This document shows, piece by piece, positions 1 to 13,400 of a stretch of 64,000 nucleotides of DNA. The notes beneath the pieces are model-generated. The model was given only the letters and a program-made list of their open reading frames with translations, ran no database searches and was not told where the DNA came from. The DNA lies in NCBI GenBank assembly GCA_002245135.1, contig NGBS01000871.1, forward strand, positions 434,001-498,000. The letters are read 5' to 3'. Positions within the stretch are counted from its first letter, which is position 1, and every line of letters begins with the position of its first letter. The position numbers and the translations under genes were made by a program. Origin of the DNA: Proteromonas lacertae. Taxonomy: Eukaryota.

Positions 1-3000
1 AATGATAATGGTGTTTTCTGTTATGGAAAGTTACTAAAAGCAATTATGAATGGTTATGTTGTAATTATTGAAAATACTCATTTATTGGATAGGAATGTTT
101 TATTAGTATTGAATATATTATCAAATCCAGAAATTAAATCATTTAAATATTATGATAAAGACATTTTAGTAAACGATGGATTTAGATTATTGTTTCTATA
201 TACAACATCAACAACAATTGAAAATAATAAAGAGATTATTCAACTAAGTAATATTATATCTCCATATACAAAATATATTTATCTTCCATCATTTTCTGAT
301 GAAGAAAAAGAACAAATATTAAATGAATACAAAGTCTTATATGATAATGAATTATTTTCAATGACTCAGATTTATTATTTGACAGAAATTAAGAAAGAAT
401 TGAAAATTAAAGATGAAGAATTCCCACTTTTAGTATCACTGTTTCTACCTGAAGAGAAAATTAGTATTTTGGGGAATATTTACAATAATAAAGAAAGAAT
501 TGAAAGATTTTTGAGTGAGAAAGTTAAAATAGAAAAATCATATTTAGTTAAAGAAGGATTTAAAGTGAGTGTAGATGATGATGAAATGAAATATTCAAAA
601 GATATTGAATATTTGGAAGTATTATTTCGATTAAAGATAGTCGATAAAGTGAAGAAACCAACATTGATTTGCTATAATGATATATCTCAAGTGTATACTG
701 TCAATGATAGCATTTTGTTAGATATGAATTATCCATTTAATAAAGAAGAATTATTTGGTAAAAGTGAGTATAAAACAAAATATGAATTAATAAATATGAA
801 AATGGATGATGAAAATGAATTTAATGAAATGATTAATAATGTAGTTGATAATAGTAAAAATGAAAAAGATAGAATATTCTTTTATAATTCAGGATATATA
901 ACATCTAGTTTGTGTAATTTCAAACCTATAGTAATGAATGATATTGATTTCATAACTAATAATTGCATTAATGAGTTTATTGGATTATTACATTATTCAG
1001 AAGGTAGTATTTTAACAAATGGTACTTGTTCTATAGCTATAACTGAAGAATTGACTGAAAGTTATGAAACTAAGAATGATCGTTCAAAAGCATATTACAA
1101 TAAAAAGTATATGTTGACTGGAACAATTCAAAAAGAAAGACTATTTGGTTATGAATTGAAAGATAAATTTCTACATATTTATTCTAATCATAGTAATAGT
1201 TATTACAATAATATGAATATGCTTTATAAAGATTGTTTTATAAAGGAAGGAACATTAGTTGGATTTATTCATTATGTTATATCAAATGAAGAAGAAAGAA
1301 AATTCTTTGAAGATTATCTACATTTAGAAGAATTGTTGGATAAAAAGAAATGTAAAATGTTATTAAAAATACATTTCAATAATGATTTAGTAGAATTATT
1401 TAAGAGTGTACATTTCCAAGAATCTTTCTATTTTGCATCATCAACAGTGAAAATGATGGTTTCATTACTAATATCAATAAGTAAATCTACTCCATTAATA
1501 ATGGAAGGATCTTTTGGAATAGGGAAAACTTTATTAACTGATTTGATACTTAAGTCATTGAATAAGAAGTATGAATTTATTACAATCAATGAATCAACAG
1601 ATACAAAAGAGATTATAATGAATTATAAAAGAATAATCGATAAATATATGAAAGAAGAGGAAGTTGATGGTGATGATGATGATAGTGATAGTAATGATGA
1701 TAGAATTACTGAATTGTTTATTGTAATTGATGGTATAAATGATTCAATATCAACTGCCACTTTTCTATTAATAACACAATTGTTTAATAGATGTATTACA
1801 TTTAAAGGATTTGAAACAATTAGAATACCAGATTATTTGAAAGTAAATAATATACTGATATGTGATTCAAACTATAATATGAATAATAGTTATAACAAAT
1901 CGAAGATTACTCAAAGCATTAAGAATTTTGCTATCATGAATCACATCTTGTATTATGGAGATATAGGAATAAAAGAAAAGGAAATAATTGAGATATTTAA
2001 ATCTGAGTATAAGAGGAAAATGATTAATAGAAGAATAGTAGAAGAAGATGTATTAGAAAATGCTGTGAAACAATATATTGCATCTTATTCAAGACAAGGA
2101 TTGATGTTTAATCTAAACACTATTAGTAATATTGATTTACAAACAATCATGAAAAACTTCTTAAAAGAAACTCAAACAGTTAAAAGATATTACGAAATTG
2201 AAAGATTATTAACTACTCAAGAAAAGAAATTAATACGACAAATTGATTATGTGATGAAACAGAGAAAGACTGTGTGTGTATATGGAGATACTCCTTCTGG
2301 AAAACATTATATTTTGTCAATGTTATATAACAATGCTATTTTTATTAATAATGAAAATGATTTAACCAAATATTTTGAATGTTGCAAAGAAGAAAATTTA
2401 AAAAATGACACAATTAATACAATAATAATATCAAACATTTATCCAAAATCTAAAGAAGTTTTCTTACTATTAAAAAGACTTATAGATAATAGTAATGATA
2501 ATAAGATATTTGTCTATAGTACTAATAATTCATGTACTATTCCCAAGATTATAAGAAATAATAACCTGATAATAGAATGTGATACTTTGAATCAGTTAAA
2601 TGAAGTGAAAGATCTTTGTGTCATTTCACAAAAGATAAACAAAGTTTTTAATTTCAATAAAAATAATGAAAGAAACAATAACATGTATTTCTGTAAAGGT
2701 GTTCAGTTTATCATTCAAGGTGATTGTAAATATGAATATATATATGGATGTAGAAAAGAAGAACGAGATATTAGAATCAATAAAAAGTCTTTCATTAATA
2801 TAAATACATGTCAATATACAGCTGGTATAAATCTAGAACAAAGTTACATGCCAAATATCCAACATAGAATTGAATGTCAAAGAGTGGAAATATCATGTGA
2901 TGAAGCACAGTGTTATTATGATTGTAGTAATATGATAAATGATTTAATGAAGAATAATAAAGTAGAATATAAATTACATTATAAAAGGATATTAGAAAAA

Positions 3001-5625
3001 TTGTATTTTGATCTATCAAAAACCTGTAATGATTATTTAGAAAAGAAAGATGATATTATTAACTATTTCTATGGTTTTATGAATAAATTAGCAGAAAAAA
3101 TGAATATGACAAAAGAAATTCCTGCAATTGAAAGAGATTTGCATGTTCATAATTTTGTGGAAGAAGAAACATTGAAGAATTCAATAAAGAATATAATGGA
3201 TTTATTGAAAGCTAAGAAGGTGGTAAATAAAGTAATACAATTAGATCCATATTTGGATTTATGCAATTGTAGAAAATATAATGAATTAAATTTAAAATTT
3301 AGTTATGGAGATTATTTGAAAAGATTTAAAGAAAAAGATGATAGTTTAGATATTGATACAATACTTGCTCTTGAAGTAAAAGATTGGGATTGTAAGATAG
3401 AAAGAGGTAGAAATATTCCATTTGTTTATTTTATGGTGCAAAAGAAATTTGATAAGAATGTTAGAGATGGTAGCAATGATAAGAATCGTGGTATATATGA
3501 AATAATATATAACAGTAAATTTCTACCATTTGAAGAAAAACTGAAGTTTTTGATAAACTCCAAATTTGATAATAATAAACAAAAAACAGATGATCTTCAT
3601 AATCCAAAGGCAATTGTAAACTATTTTTGTATAAATAAAGCAAAAGTGAATGATTTAAATGACATTATCAATGAATACTCTCTAGAAGAAGTAATAAAGA
3701 ATTTTGATAATTATATACATTCAGAAGATAATAATAATAGTCAGAACAATAACAATAATGATAGTACCAATAGAAGTGACTGTAATAAAGAAATCCGTTA
3801 TGATATAGAAATGAAAAGAATTGATAGTATAAGAAATAAAATAGATAATGTGGAATTCAGTTGTTCAAGTAATTATCCAGAGCTGTATAAATTACATCAT
3901 AGAAATATAATGAATAATAAAAATACTGATTATTATGATGATTGTATCAGGTATATTCAGCATACTGCTTTAGTATTGATTTCTAAACTAAAGTATTCAA
4001 TGAAATATACTCCAGATAGAAGAGAAATAAAATGTTTAACTATAATAATTGATTTATCTGTATCTCATAATGATAAATATCACATTAACACTAAAAGGAG
4101 TATGTGTTCTGCTTTAGTTGTTTTACTATGCCAAGAATTAGGTATAAAATGTAGAATAATAACTACAATTGCAAGAGGTAAAAGCTTTATAATCAGTGAT
4201 GATGATGAAGGCAATTATTATGAGAAATGTTATGATATATTTGATTTAAATGATTTTAATAAATGTAAATCATCAACACCTTTAGATGTTTTTGAATATT
4301 TTAGAAATGGGAATAGTGATGTTGTGATGAATGAAGATTCAAAATATATAATCATTTCAAATTGTTTTAATGAGCAAATATTATGCGATAATAAAACTAG
4401 TAAAGAATTCTTTAACAGTCATATAAATGATCTATTTGTAATGTGGTTAAAATGTGAAGGTATGAATGATGAGATAGATATGAAAATTGGGGATTATTTA
4501 TACAATAATTTTGATGAAAAGCAAATATTAGAGATTAGATTATTTGATGATTTTAGAAATGAACAATTCTCTAATAAACTCATACAGTATTACAGTGATT
4601 TACTATTCAATAATTTAAAATGTAATGAAGAAAAAAAAGCTGTAAATCTTAAAATAGAATGTAATGAAACTAAAAACCGTAAAAAAATGGAATATCCAGT
4701 AGTAAAAAATGAATTTAGAATTGCTAAATGCAACAATTTTATTAGCAATTGTATTGTTTATGATAAAGTAATTGAGTTAGAAAAACCAGTTAAGAAGATG
4801 ACAGTCAAAAAATCACAAACAAAATATGACTATAATGCATATAGAAATAGTACTTCGAAATTATTAAGTGAAAATATAAAACGATTCCTTATTAATAACA
4901 ATAATTCAAAATATGAAATTAATGAAAGTAATTATAATAATCATCATATATCAATATGTATTGATGCTTCATCTTCAGCTTGTTCATCCATTAATGTTAC
5001 TTATACAATTCAATTAGTAACAAATCTTCTTACATCTTTGTATGATTTGAGTATATCAGTTGTTGATATTTGGATTTGTTATTGTAATGACATAATCCCA
5101 ATAATAATAGGTTATTCAATTAAAGAAGCTTTAAATGACACTGTGTTAAATAATATCATCTATTTCCTTCAAAAGCAGCATAAGAGCATACAGGAAATAA
5201 ACAAAGACACATTCTATAAGACAATCAATTCAGCTATATCAAATCTTCAACAATCAAACTTACCTTCAACATTGTTTATCCTAACAAATGGAGATAAATA
5301 CAAAAAGGATGAAATAAAGAATTTGATTTCTTTATCTTCAAGTGGTATATTTGGTAAACCAATAAACACTGTTGGAATTGGATGTGGGTATTATATTTAT
5401 GGAGTTGAAGATTTATTCCCATATTTCATATGGAATTCAAACCCAAATCGCATTAGTGATTGTTTTGGATTTATTGCGAATGGAATGAGTGTAAATGAAT
5501 GTAAAGCAGAATATAATGTGATATGTCCATTTAAATATCGAAATGAAGTTATAATGTTAAACAAAAATTTAGGAATTGATAAAGAATTGTTAGATGACTT
5601 AATAATAAATCTAAATAGAGATTAA
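1..5625 (+). CDS. Midasin-like AAA+ ATPase with two C-terminal vWA (MIDAS-type) domains; 5'-partial, intronless
   Basis: Frame is open from base 1 (FCYGKLLKAIMNGYVVIIEN resembles the midasin/AAA_5 'DGPLxxAMxxGxxVLLDE' segment). Walker A MEGSFGIGKT and VYGDTPSGKH; Walker B IVIDG; two DxSxS motifs (IIIDLSVS ~4051, ICIDASSS ~4963). Confidence 0.7.
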   Translation, partial: NDNGVFCYGKLLKAIMNGYVVIIENTHLLDRNVLLVLNILSNPEIKSFKYYDKDILVNDGFRLLFLYTTSTTIENNKEIIQLSNIISPYTKYIYLPSFSDEEKEQILNEYKVLYDNELFSMTQIYYLTEIKKELKIKDEEFPLLVSLFLPEEKISILGNIYNNKERIERFLSEKVKIEKSYLVKEGFKVSVDDDEMKYSKDIEYLEVLFRLKIVDKVKKPTLICYNDISQVYTVNDSILLDMNYPFNKEELFGKSEYKTKYELINMKMDDENEFNEMINNVVDNSKNEKDRIFFYNSGYITSSLCNFKPIVMNDIDFITNNCINEFIGLLHYSEGSILTNGTCSIAITEELTESYETKNDRSKAYYNKKYMLTGTIQKERLFGYELKDKFLHIYSNHSNSYYNNMNMLYKDCFIKEGTLVGFIHYVISNEEERKFFEDYLHLEELLDKKKCKMLLKIHFNNDLVELFKSVHFQESFYFASSTVKMMVSLLISISKSTPLIMEGSFGIGKTLLTDLILKSLNKKYEFITINESTDTKEIIMNYKRIIDKYMKEEEVDGDDDDSDSNDDRITELFIVIDGINDSISTATFLLITQLFNRCITFKGFETIRIPDYLKVNNILICDSNYNMNNSYNKSKITQSIKNFAIMNHILYYGDIGIKEKEIIEIFKSEYKRKMINRRIVEEDVLENAVKQYIASYSRQGLMFNLNTISNIDLQTIMKNFLKETQTVKRYYEIERLLTTQEKKLIRQIDYVMKQRKTVCVYGDTPSGKHYILSMLYNNAIFINNENDLTKYFECCKEENLKNDTINTIIISNIYPKSKEVFLLLKRLIDNSNDNKIFVYSTNNSCTIPKIIRNNNLIIECDTLNQLNEVKDLCVISQKINKVFNFNKNNERNNNMYFCKGVQFIIQGDCKYEYIYGCRKEERDIRINKKSFININTCQYTAGINLEQSYMPNIQHRIECQRVEISCDEAQCYYDCSNMINDLMKNNKVEYKLHYKRILEKLYFDLSKTCNDYLEKKDDIINYFYGFMNKLAEKMNMTKEIPAIERDLHVHNFVEEETLKNSIKNIMDLLKAKKVVNKVIQLDPYLDLCNCRKYNELNLKFSYGDYLKRFKEKDDSLDIDTILALEVKDWDCKIERGRNIPFVYFMVQKKFDKNVRDGSNDKNRGIYEIIYNSKFLPFEEKLKFLINSKFDNNKQKTDDLHNPKAIVNYFCINKAKVNDLNDIINEYSLEEVIKNFDNYIHSEDNNNSQNNNNNDSTNRSDCNKEIRYDIEMKRIDSIRNKIDNVEFSCSSNYPELYKLHHRNIMNNKNTDYYDDCIRYIQHTALVLISKLKYSMKYTPDRREIKCLTIIIDLSVSHNDKYHINTKRSMCSALVVLLCQELGIKCRIITTIARGKSFIISDDDEGNYYEKCYDIFDLNDFNKCKSSTPLDVFEYFRNGNSDVVMNEDSKYIIISNCFNEQILCDNKTSKEFFNSHINDLFVMWLKCEGMNDEIDMKIGDYLYNNFDEKQILEIRLFDDFRNEQFSNKLIQYYSDLLFNNLKCNEEKKAVNLKIECNETKNRKKMEYPVVKNEFRIAKCNNFISNCIVYDKVIELEKPVKKMTVKKSQTKYDYNAYRNSTSKLLSENIKRFLINNNNSKYEINESNYNNHHISICIDASSSACSSINVTYTIQLVTNLLTSLYDLSISVVDIWICYCNDIIPIIIGYSIKEALNDTVLNNIIYFLQKQHKSIQEINKDTFYKTINSAISNLQQSNLPSTLFILTNGDKYKKDEIKNLISLSSSGIFGKPINTVGIGCGYYIYGVEDLFPYFIWNSNPNRISDCFGFIANGMSVNECKAEYNVICPFKYRNEVIMLNKNLGIDKELLDDLIINLNRD

Positions 5626-5828
5626 TTACAGTAATTACTATTATTATTATTAATATTTCAATTTTGTGGGTAAGAAATAATTTTGATGAAAATTTTTTGA
5701 TAACCAGAAATCTCAAAAGAAATCATCCTTCATTTTCATCGTATGTATAAATTATTGCCTTTTTATAACAATCATTATAATTATTTTTCTCTTATCTTTG
5801 GATTTATGATAATAACAATTCATAGACC

Positions 5829-7282
5829 ATGTTTAGTCGTTTCAATCGTTTCTCAAGCTGTTTGCGTGTTGCAGAAAAAAGTTTTAGAAGTTCAATGAGA
5901 ATGTTCTCAACAAAGAGTATGTTTTGATGCAATAATACATCTAGATCAAAGAACCTCAAGCTCATTTGGTTATTTTGCTGGTGCTGCATGTTTTACAGCA
6001 GGTATTTTAGGTGCTTATGCATTTGCCGAAGAAAAGAAAACCAACAACTTTGTATGTAAAGATCCAAGATGTCCATGTAAGAACTGGAAGAAAGATTCCT
6101 ATAAGACTCATCCATGTACTATTAAAAAGAGTTTTGTACCAGGATGTCACGAGTTGAGATTATTCTCAGGAAGTTCAAATCCTTCACTTGCTCAAAAGAT
6201 TGCTGATTGTTTAGGTTTAGATTTAGGTAATATGCAATCAAGTAAATTCAATGATGGTGAGATTAGTATCAAATTAAACGAAAATGTAAGAGGAAAAGAT
6301 GTATACTGTGTTCAATCAACCAACAAACCAGTAGCTAATAATATAATCGAATTATTATTAATGATTTCAACATTACGTCGATCAAGTGCAAAAAGAGTTA
6401 CAGCCGTTATACCATTTTACAGTTACAGACGTAATATGCAAGCTGGAGTTGGATTGAATGAAGATTCAGGATTTATATTCAGTAGTGCATCTGAAATAGC
6501 AAAAGTATTTTGTGAATCATTTCTAATTTTATAGATGTTGGAAGTGATGGGAGTTGATTCTGTAATATTAGTGGATATGTTATGTAAAGAATCGCTTGGC
6601 ATGGTTGATGGAAGTTTCTTCAGTTCTCAAACACCAGTTGAATCATTTAATAGTAGTAAATTGTGTGTTGATTATTATTCCAAAATTGTATATATATTTC
6701 TTAATATTTATTATTTTATTTTATTTATTAGCTTGATCCAAAGAGGAGACTGATATTAGTTGCTCCAAATGCTCGAGCCATGAGTCAAGCCCATGATATA
6801 ATGAATGGATTCCAATCACTTGATCCAAATTGGAATATCAGTGTAGCACAAACTGTATTTAATAAAGTAGATGGAGATGAAGCTGATGAAAGTGATAGAG
6901 TATATTTATTATTGTTTATTATTATTAGATTCAAGATTTCTTATCAGATTTCCATGATTGTAATGTCTTAATTGTAGATCATGCTGTCAGTACAGGATAT
7001 AGACTAAGATCAGTCAGTGAGTTGATTAAATCGAAAGGAGGTGATAATATATATTCTTATACACCTAATGGTTTATTCTCAACTGCTGATTGCTTAGAAG
7101 TATTGAGAGAAAGTCCAATTAAGAAAGTATTGACTACTGATACAGTTTATATTGATGATTGGAAGAAAAGAGCTTGTCCTAAGATTGATGTAGTTTCTGT
7201 AGCTAGTGATATTGCTGAGATTATCAAATGTCAACATTACGTACATAAAATACCATATCATGAACCAGAAAAAGATGAATAA
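5829..7282 (+). CDS. Ribose-phosphate pyrophosphokinase (PRPP synthetase)-like protein, divergent, with N-terminal mitochondrial-type presequence; 5 exons
   Basis: LFSGSSNPSLA, FNDGE, ENVRGKDVY, ELLLMISTLRRSSAKRVTAVIPF, VLTTDT. GT-AG introns 5917-5944, ~6505-6534, 6688-6731 and 6900-6928 join the ORF-track fragments in frame. N-terminus MFSRFNRFSSCLRVAEKSFRSSMRMFST. Confidence 0.88.
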
Positions 7283-7492
7283 ACAAAATAATAATATATT
7301 ATTGACCTTTTCTTGTGAAATGTGTATGTTAGTAGAATAAACTCTTTTTAAAACAAATATTTTATTACTTTCAAATAGGTGATTATCAATTATAACAATA
7401 ACAACACTATTTCTCTTCTGAATCTTTAATAAAAAAGAATAATTCTTTAATGTTCTTTTATAGCCGTTTTATTAAAAATTATTAAAATCGTT

Positions 7493-10400
7493 ATGCATTT
7501 TAAGTCAAGGATAGCTCTAACAGGGTTATTTCTTTTGGTTTTATCAGGCGCATTTGCGTCTGTTGAACGCTTAGGTAAAGGAGGAGGATATAAAGACGAT
7601 GTTAAGAAAAATCGAGGTTTATCAGGTAGTATTTACCAATTAGAAGGGGGGCAACGTGATATGGTCACTTCTGGTCCAATTGATATAGCTGCTGAAGTAG
7701 AAAGGATTTATGGTAAAGAAGAATTAACACTAAGATATACTGTGAATGACAATACACCCCAGTCTTTTAGATTATTTAATGGTGCTTCAAATGTGGTTTT
7801 AGTAGCTAATTTAGAACTAGTAGTGGAGATAGATGATAAAAGATCTGACAAAACAAGCCCAATTAAGTTTGGAACAAATGGTATATTCGATGCATTACCA
7901 AAATTGAAGAAGATGGCTCATGTAACAGTTAGATTCACTTCAGATGTGTCAATTGATCTTACTACTGGTAATAAAGGTATTATTGCTAATAGTATTACAA
8001 TCAGTAAAGATTCATCCTACTCAACCAAACAAATCCTTCAAGATATTGGTATATATTTCACTAACAAAGACAAACCAATCACATTAACAGCTAGTATTTT
8101 GAATGATGGTTCAGCTTTACTATTTGGTAGTATAACCTATGGTGAAGTATTAAATGATGATTATTATTTCTCTGGATTATTTGTAATTGGTGATAACTTG
8201 ATTGTTTCTAGAAGCTCTGATAATAAACAACAACTATCTTTTAGTTTGGTTAATAAAGACTTACAATCCAAAATATCTCACTACATATTTGATGTGAATA
8301 CATTAACAGTAACCGATGTATCAACAACTAGTTTAATCTTCAATTTATTAAGTTATACTAATGTTGGAGTGAAGAATTCATTCATATTGATTAGAGAAGG
8401 ATTAGATAATCCATCTTCATCTAACTCTGTAACAATCAACAGTATATCATTTGTTTCCAAAGTTATTGATAACACTTGGATTGATATTAAAATAAAATCC
8501 ATTCAAATGTTATCTACTTTCAATGCAATATCATCTGCTAGTGATTCTTTTGAGAATAGTTATTTGATACTAAGAGTAACAAGTGATGCAATTATCCAAT
8601 ATCAATCAATTTATTATCTAGGATCTGCATTTGCTGGTTTAATTAAAAATAGTTATATTCAATTAATTGAATTTACTTCTACTGTAGAACCAAAATTATC
8701 ATCATCATCATTAGCAAGTGGTAGTAAAGGATATCTTATTGGAAATGGTAAAATAATAACAGGTATTGAAAAAATAGAAGAAGATGCATTTATAAATGAT
8801 GCAAGTACTAAATTAACAGGATATTTAGTTGGACAAGATTCCTCAGGCAAATCAGTAATATATTTGAAATTAATGCCTTATTATAACTCTAAATATATCG
8901 TTGATGTTTATAAAACATTTGTTAAGACTGGAATAGAGTTTAATAAAGATGACAAATATTTGAAAATAAATAATGTAATTGTATATGATGAATATGATGA
9001 AAATGTAGTGTTTAATAATGCTGGAGAAAGACATGATAATTTCGTGTATGTTGGACTTTTATATCCACCATCTGAAGATGTTACTATCAATGGAGAATGT
9101 AGTGGAGATGCTGATCAAATAGACTGCAATGCAGATCCTCATACATTTAATTATGACAGATATATGATTGATAGTACATATTCCTTACCTTTAAAAATTC
9201 CAGAATCTTCAACGAAAGTATGTATAGAAGTAACAACTGAAAGTGTTGAAGTTACTTTTGATGGATTTAGTAAGAAGATTTGTCATACTTTATACAATGC
9301 TAATTATGTTCCTACAATTCCACCAGGTGGTTTAGAATGTACTGAAGGTGAAAAATGTAAATTCAGTATTAACCTAAAAGGAATAGCCACTGGTATGTTT
9401 TCAAGTACTGTTACTATATCTGGTGGAGAACCATTTAATTCTGGAACTGCTTTTTGTGGAGTTTCTTATTGTTCATTAGATTTTACATATCCTCGTAATA
9501 ATATTGATGATGATGATATATATCAAGTAGAACTTTTTGTGAAAATAAAATTTATAGGAATTAATAGTGGTACAGGTACAATTAAAGTCAATGTTCATGA
9601 TGCAGATACATCTGGAATAACTGCAAGAGTAGTGGTAAATGAAAATAGTGCAATAGAAGATAATGTTGCAACAGTGTATTTCAAATTAGATACAATTCCA
9701 TTCAATCCAGTTACTATTAATTATATTTGTCCATCAAGTTTGAAATGTGAAAGTGATGGTTTAAATGATATAAGTGATATGACAGAACATAGTGTAACAG
9801 TTAAGAGAGAATATACCACTATTTATGATTATAGTAAAGAAAATACTGTGTTTACAATGATGTTTTTATCTAGTACTTCAAATGACTTAAAATATGCGAA
9901 TGTAAAACCATCAGATCAAACAATTACCGTAAAGAATGACTTAAAACCTGAAATAATAATTACTGAGAAATCCATAAGTTATGAATGTGGTCAAAGTGAT
10001 TCTCCTAAATACCATATATCTTATAGAAGAACTCCCAAAACATCAATAGTAATAACACCCAAATATGATGTAGAAAACTTGAATGTAAAACCAAATAGTG
10101 GAGTATTACAAGATGGTAAAAATGAGTTGATAATCTCAGTAGATCCAATAAAAGTTTGTCGAGGAAATGTATCTTATGAAATAACTCATAGAATCGAAAC
10201 AGAAGATGAATTATATAAGAATGTAGAAATTGGTTCAATAATGTTTAATAACATAGTTTATGAGAATCAATTAGATCTTACATCTCCTCCAGTATTACAA
10301 TATGTGAGTGAAAGTGACACAAGCTATACTTTGAATATTGAATTTGATAAAAAATGTTTTATAGATAATGTAGTTATAAATCAAGAATTTGATTGTACAA

Positions 10401-13400
10401 AAATATTCAAACAGAATAATTATCAAATGACAAAATGTAGAATGATTGACGATACTCATTTCATAGCGAATTATACAAATAAAAATGCTAATAGTGACTT
10501 ATTAATAATAGTTGAAGGAGTGATAAGAGCATCAGATACAGGTGTAAGAACATCTTCTGGAAGTAGATCAATATTTGGTAGATCTTTACCTCCATATGTA
10601 GTAACAGCTGATTTCAGTGATGATGGAAGTAAGATAATAGTTGAATTTGATCAAAATATAGTAGAAGGAATATCAAATTTAGCAGAACCCTGTAGTAAAA
10701 TATTGAGCAATACAAACTTAGGTACAAATGCAATGTGTAGATTAACCAGTCCAAGAATAATGGAAATATCATTGAGTAGTGATGCAACAATTGCATTAAA
10801 AAATTTTATAACTATAAAACCTGATAGTGGTATAAAAAGTGTAAAAGATCATCTATATAGTGCAAATGGTATATCCACTGTTAATGCTCCAACTAGTCCA
10901 ACTAAAATCACAGCAGTAATCAATGCTCCTGATGAAATGGGAGAATGTGCAACAATATCAGTTGATGGTTCATTATCTCAAAGTCATGGAGGAAGAAAAC
11001 CAACTTACATTTGGGGATATTCTACAGAAGATAGTTATATTCCAACTGAAGATTTAAAGAATTGTATCAAGAATGCAAATTCAAAGAATGAAGCAGCATT
11101 GAGTATAAAAGGTACTTATTTAAATAAAGGTAAAAATATAATTACATTGAAGATTAAATCATTCTTGAATATTGAATCTGATATTGTTTATAAAACAATC
11201 AATTCCAAAAAAGATGGTGCTTCAATAGAAGCAACAATAACTGGTAATTCAATTCAGAATTATACCAAATTAGGATCATTTGCAATTTCAGCAAAAGGAA
11301 AGATATCTGTTTGTGATGCTGTAAGTGATATGAATATAAAATTCGAATGGAGTGGATTAAATAAAGATACAAAGAAAGAATTGGATATATCTCAATTTAC
11401 AACAGCTAATCCAAGAATCTTGAATATTCCATCCAAATCATTAGAAATTGGAAATTATGTTTTTACAGTAAAAGTGACTAGTAGTGATGATTCTTTAACA
11501 TCCAGTTCCTCAATAATAGTCAATATTATTCCAAGTGATTTAGTAGTAGTATTAAGTGATGGTGGAAATGATCGAATCCAGAGTGACAGTAGTCCATTGA
11601 TATTAGATATATCTAAATCATATGATCCAGATGAATATGATAATGAATTTAACTATAAATGGGAATGTGTAATGAATGGAATAAGTCAATGTATTGATGT
11701 AGATGGAAAAGCTCTTGAATTTGAAATGAAATCCATAATAACAATAAAAGAGAATGTATTAAGAAAAGACAATATTTATATATTTACAGGTAGAGTGTTA
11801 AGTAAAAAGACTGATCGAAGTTCAAGTATCTCAATCAATGTAAAAGTGATCGAAGAAAAGATCGATTTATCAATTCATTTAAAAGTATCAAGTGTAGATC
11901 ATATCTATAATCCCACTGATATATTCTCAATCGAAGGTGAAATAATCACATCTTTAAGTGATTTATCAGAAGTGAGTTATAAATGGAGTTATCCTAAAAA
12001 TGAATTAAATACCAACATGTTTATTGGTTCAATCGAAAGTGATAAAATCGTAGTAGATTGTAATAAACTATCTTATGGTAAAGAAAGTGTTTTATTTACC
12101 TTGAGTTATAAGAAAATGATATTTACAAGTGAATATTTATTTGAAATTCATTCTCCTCCAAGTGGTGGTTATTTAGTTGTGAGTAATAAAAGTGTAAACT
12201 TTGGTGAAGAAATTGAAATAACAAGTAGTGGTTGGATAAGTAAAAATAAATTGTATTATCGATTTGGAGTGTTATTTAGTGAGAATAATATTCAATTTGT
12301 GAATGATTATTCTTTAAATAACAAATACAAAGGATATATTCCAACAGGAAATGCAGCAAATCATTATAAAGTTACAATTGTAGTAAAAGTTAAAGATGAA
12401 AGAAATGCAATTTCTTATAGTAATAAATATGAAAATGGAGAAGAAGTAATAGTTATATCAAATCCATTACAACTTGATAATGCTGAACAAGCTCATGATA
12501 CAATCAACAATATGATAGATAAAGCGAAGAATGTAAGTGAATATGATCAAATATATACAATAGTAAACTCAGTTTCAAATCAATTAGTTGCAGGAGTATG
12601 CAATTTATCTAATAGTGATGAAAATAAGAATGTATGTTTAAACGAAGGAAATTGCGTGAATAATTTCTGTAATTGTACATCTGAATATACAGGTAAATAC
12701 TGCGAAAATCATAAACCAATTGATTGTGAATTAAGCAGTGAATATGAATATGGTGAATATGATCGAAGCTGTGGAATAGGTCATCGAAAGCGTTGGCATC
12801 CAATCAAAAGAAATGCTGAATATGGAGGTAAAGAATGTGAAATAATAATTGAAGAAGATAAAAGTGTTTATTTGGGTGTATGTACTGATGATGTAGATGG
12901 GAAATGGAGTGAATGGAGTGGATGGAGTGATTGTGATGCAGTATGTAGTGTTTATAACAACATAAATGTGTATGGTATAGAGAAACGAAATAGAAAATGT
13001 GATAGCCCTAAACCATCTGGAAATGGTAAATACTGTGAAGGAGAAAGTGTCGAAAGTCGAAGATGTGTAAAATCCTGTATAGCTCCATACAAACCATGTC
13101 CAGGTCAAACTATAAACAATAATGGTGAAGTAGTTGGTCGTGAATGTAATGGAAATGGAATATGTGAATATAGTAATAAACCTTGTTTTGCCTATCAAGC
13201 TGGTTGTATTTCTTATTGTATTTGTAATAATGAATATGCTGGTGATTCATGTAATATTGAATTAAGTGAATTACAAAAGAAAAGACAAATGAATGATATT
13301 TTAGCCAAATCATTAGAAGAAGCATTCAATCATTCTACCAATTCGTTAGAATCTCACTCATTATTATCAACCAGTTTATTGAATTTAGCTAATCCACCAG

